Positions 63,201 to 64,000 of a stretch of 64,000 bases of DNA are shown here, piece by piece. A program made the position numbers and the translations under genes. How positions within the stretch are numbered: the first letter of the stretch is position 1; each line of letters starts with the position of its first letter. Where the stretch lies: assembly GCA_965178125.1 (NCBI GenBank), contig OZ237747.1:1054001-1118000 (forward strand), in the 5' to 3' direction. Below the pieces are notes generated by a model, which worked only from the letters and a program-made list of their open reading frames with translations, made no database searches and was not told the origin of the DNA. Source of the DNA: Bilabrum cf. latius (lineage: Eukaryota).

Positions 63201-63377
63201 TCTGGTTTAGCGACAACAGAGCAGAGCAGAGAGAGAGAGCCAGGAGTGCACCCGTAGTAGCAGCGGAGCAGGAGGGATTCCGTTGACTCCGTGCTTGAGT
63301 GGGCAGGGGTTGCAGGCGGGGGGACTGCTCGTGGTGGCGAGTCTGAGCGTGAATCTAGTGGGCAATACGACAACTGA
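60282..63377 (+). CDS. Uncharacterised membrane protein with acidic low-complexity C-terminus (last exon; upstream exons likely around 59740-60250)
   Basis: Track ORFs at 60324, 60549, 61176, 61677 and 62199 are in one frame joined only by TAGs, ending TGA 63375-63377. Hydrophobic segments VICFLAIILAVFSVISL, LAVGAAL*SIPTLLGVLVALAA and NLFLFLF. No family recognised. Confidence 0.55.
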
Positions 63378-64000
63378 CCTGGTGGACCTAGCTGCCGCGA
63401 TGGAGCGGCAGCTTTTCCTAGCCGCTCCCCACTAGGACTCCCCATCGGCCATTACTAAAATCGTCGGTGGAACGAACAAGTGTTGAGTCAAACAGGTCAC
63501 ACATACAGCCCGGAAATGACGCGTTGAACCCGCACAAAGCGTAATGAAATGATATCGCGGTCAGTGCTATCGAATCTGTATTGACGCAGCATCGGCCCGA
63601 GATAGGGTGTACTTTGGTTGCCTGGCTAAACGCACGGGCCCGGTGTGCACCAACGTGCGTCCCACTCGAATAATGTTCGACCAGCGATCGCACGTTTTGT
63701 TTTGGCCTTGGTTACTTTATGCGCTATTCTTTCTGATTGTGTGTATCATGATTTGTCATGACTACCATTAGCACTTCAAAACCCATTTGATTGAACCAGT
63801 AGCACTAGACACAAGTTGCGTGGTTGGATTTCAGCGGAAATTGAAAGTGTGGAGACGATTGGAAGAGCAAATTTGGGAGCCTAAATTGATCGAACGGTAT
63901 GATGGAGGGCTGTCGTATGCTGAAGCTCTTGCAGGAAGTAGCAAGGATGCTCATGAGATGATCAGGTCGAATACTATTAGTCTTTGTGATCACATTAAAA

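Noticed and set aside
1-64000. Region of mass pseudogenisation or sequencing error explaining the in-frame stops
   Set aside because: Random decay would produce TAA, TGA and frameshifts as well. In the intact genes only TAG occurs, catalytic motifs are preserved, and TAG aligns with Gln.
1-64000. Code-15 phage or prokaryote, or UAG as pyrrolysine, or A-to-I edited Trp
   Set aside because: Spliceosomal introns, villin and piggyBac indicate a eukaryotic nucleus. No pyl genes are seen, and TAG faces Gln columns rather than Trp or Lys-like columns.
1-64000. Suppressor tRNA-Gln(CUA) gene in the window
   Set aside because: I found no convincing cloverleaf with T-loop and D-loop consensus by eye. 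It needs tRNAscan-SE on the whole genome.

Overview
GC-rich eukaryotic nuclear DNA, probably from a protist. It has GT-AG spliceosomal introns, villin, chitin synthases and a piggyBac-type transposase. The standard-code ORF track is fragmented because the window appears to use a non-standard nuclear genetic code in which UAG encodes glutamine while UAA and UGA remain stops (equivalent to translation table 15). Long reading frames are interrupted by TAG only, one of them 20 times and another by a TAG-TAG-TAG run. TAG also occupies invariant Gln positions (chitin synthase QRRRW, villin SQDE and QGKEP) and swaps with CAG/CAA between paralogues and tandem-repeat units inside the window. Every gene end I could trace is TAA or TGA. 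Read with this code, the window holds, in order: a partial FAM221-like gene; an ABHD11-like hydrolase head-to-head with an 1829-aa SCP2-like/TM/ABC1-kinase/beta-lactamase fusion; a zinc-finger-repeat plus 3CxxC protein; a 1505-aa disordered protein; villin; a frameshifted piggyBac-like transposase that also uses TAG as sense; three divergent chitin synthases sharing four intron positions; a ~20 kb array of five PINK1-like pseudokinase modules (the last two decaying); and an unknown membrane protein. All translations were done by eye, and some 5' ends and splice sites are approximate.
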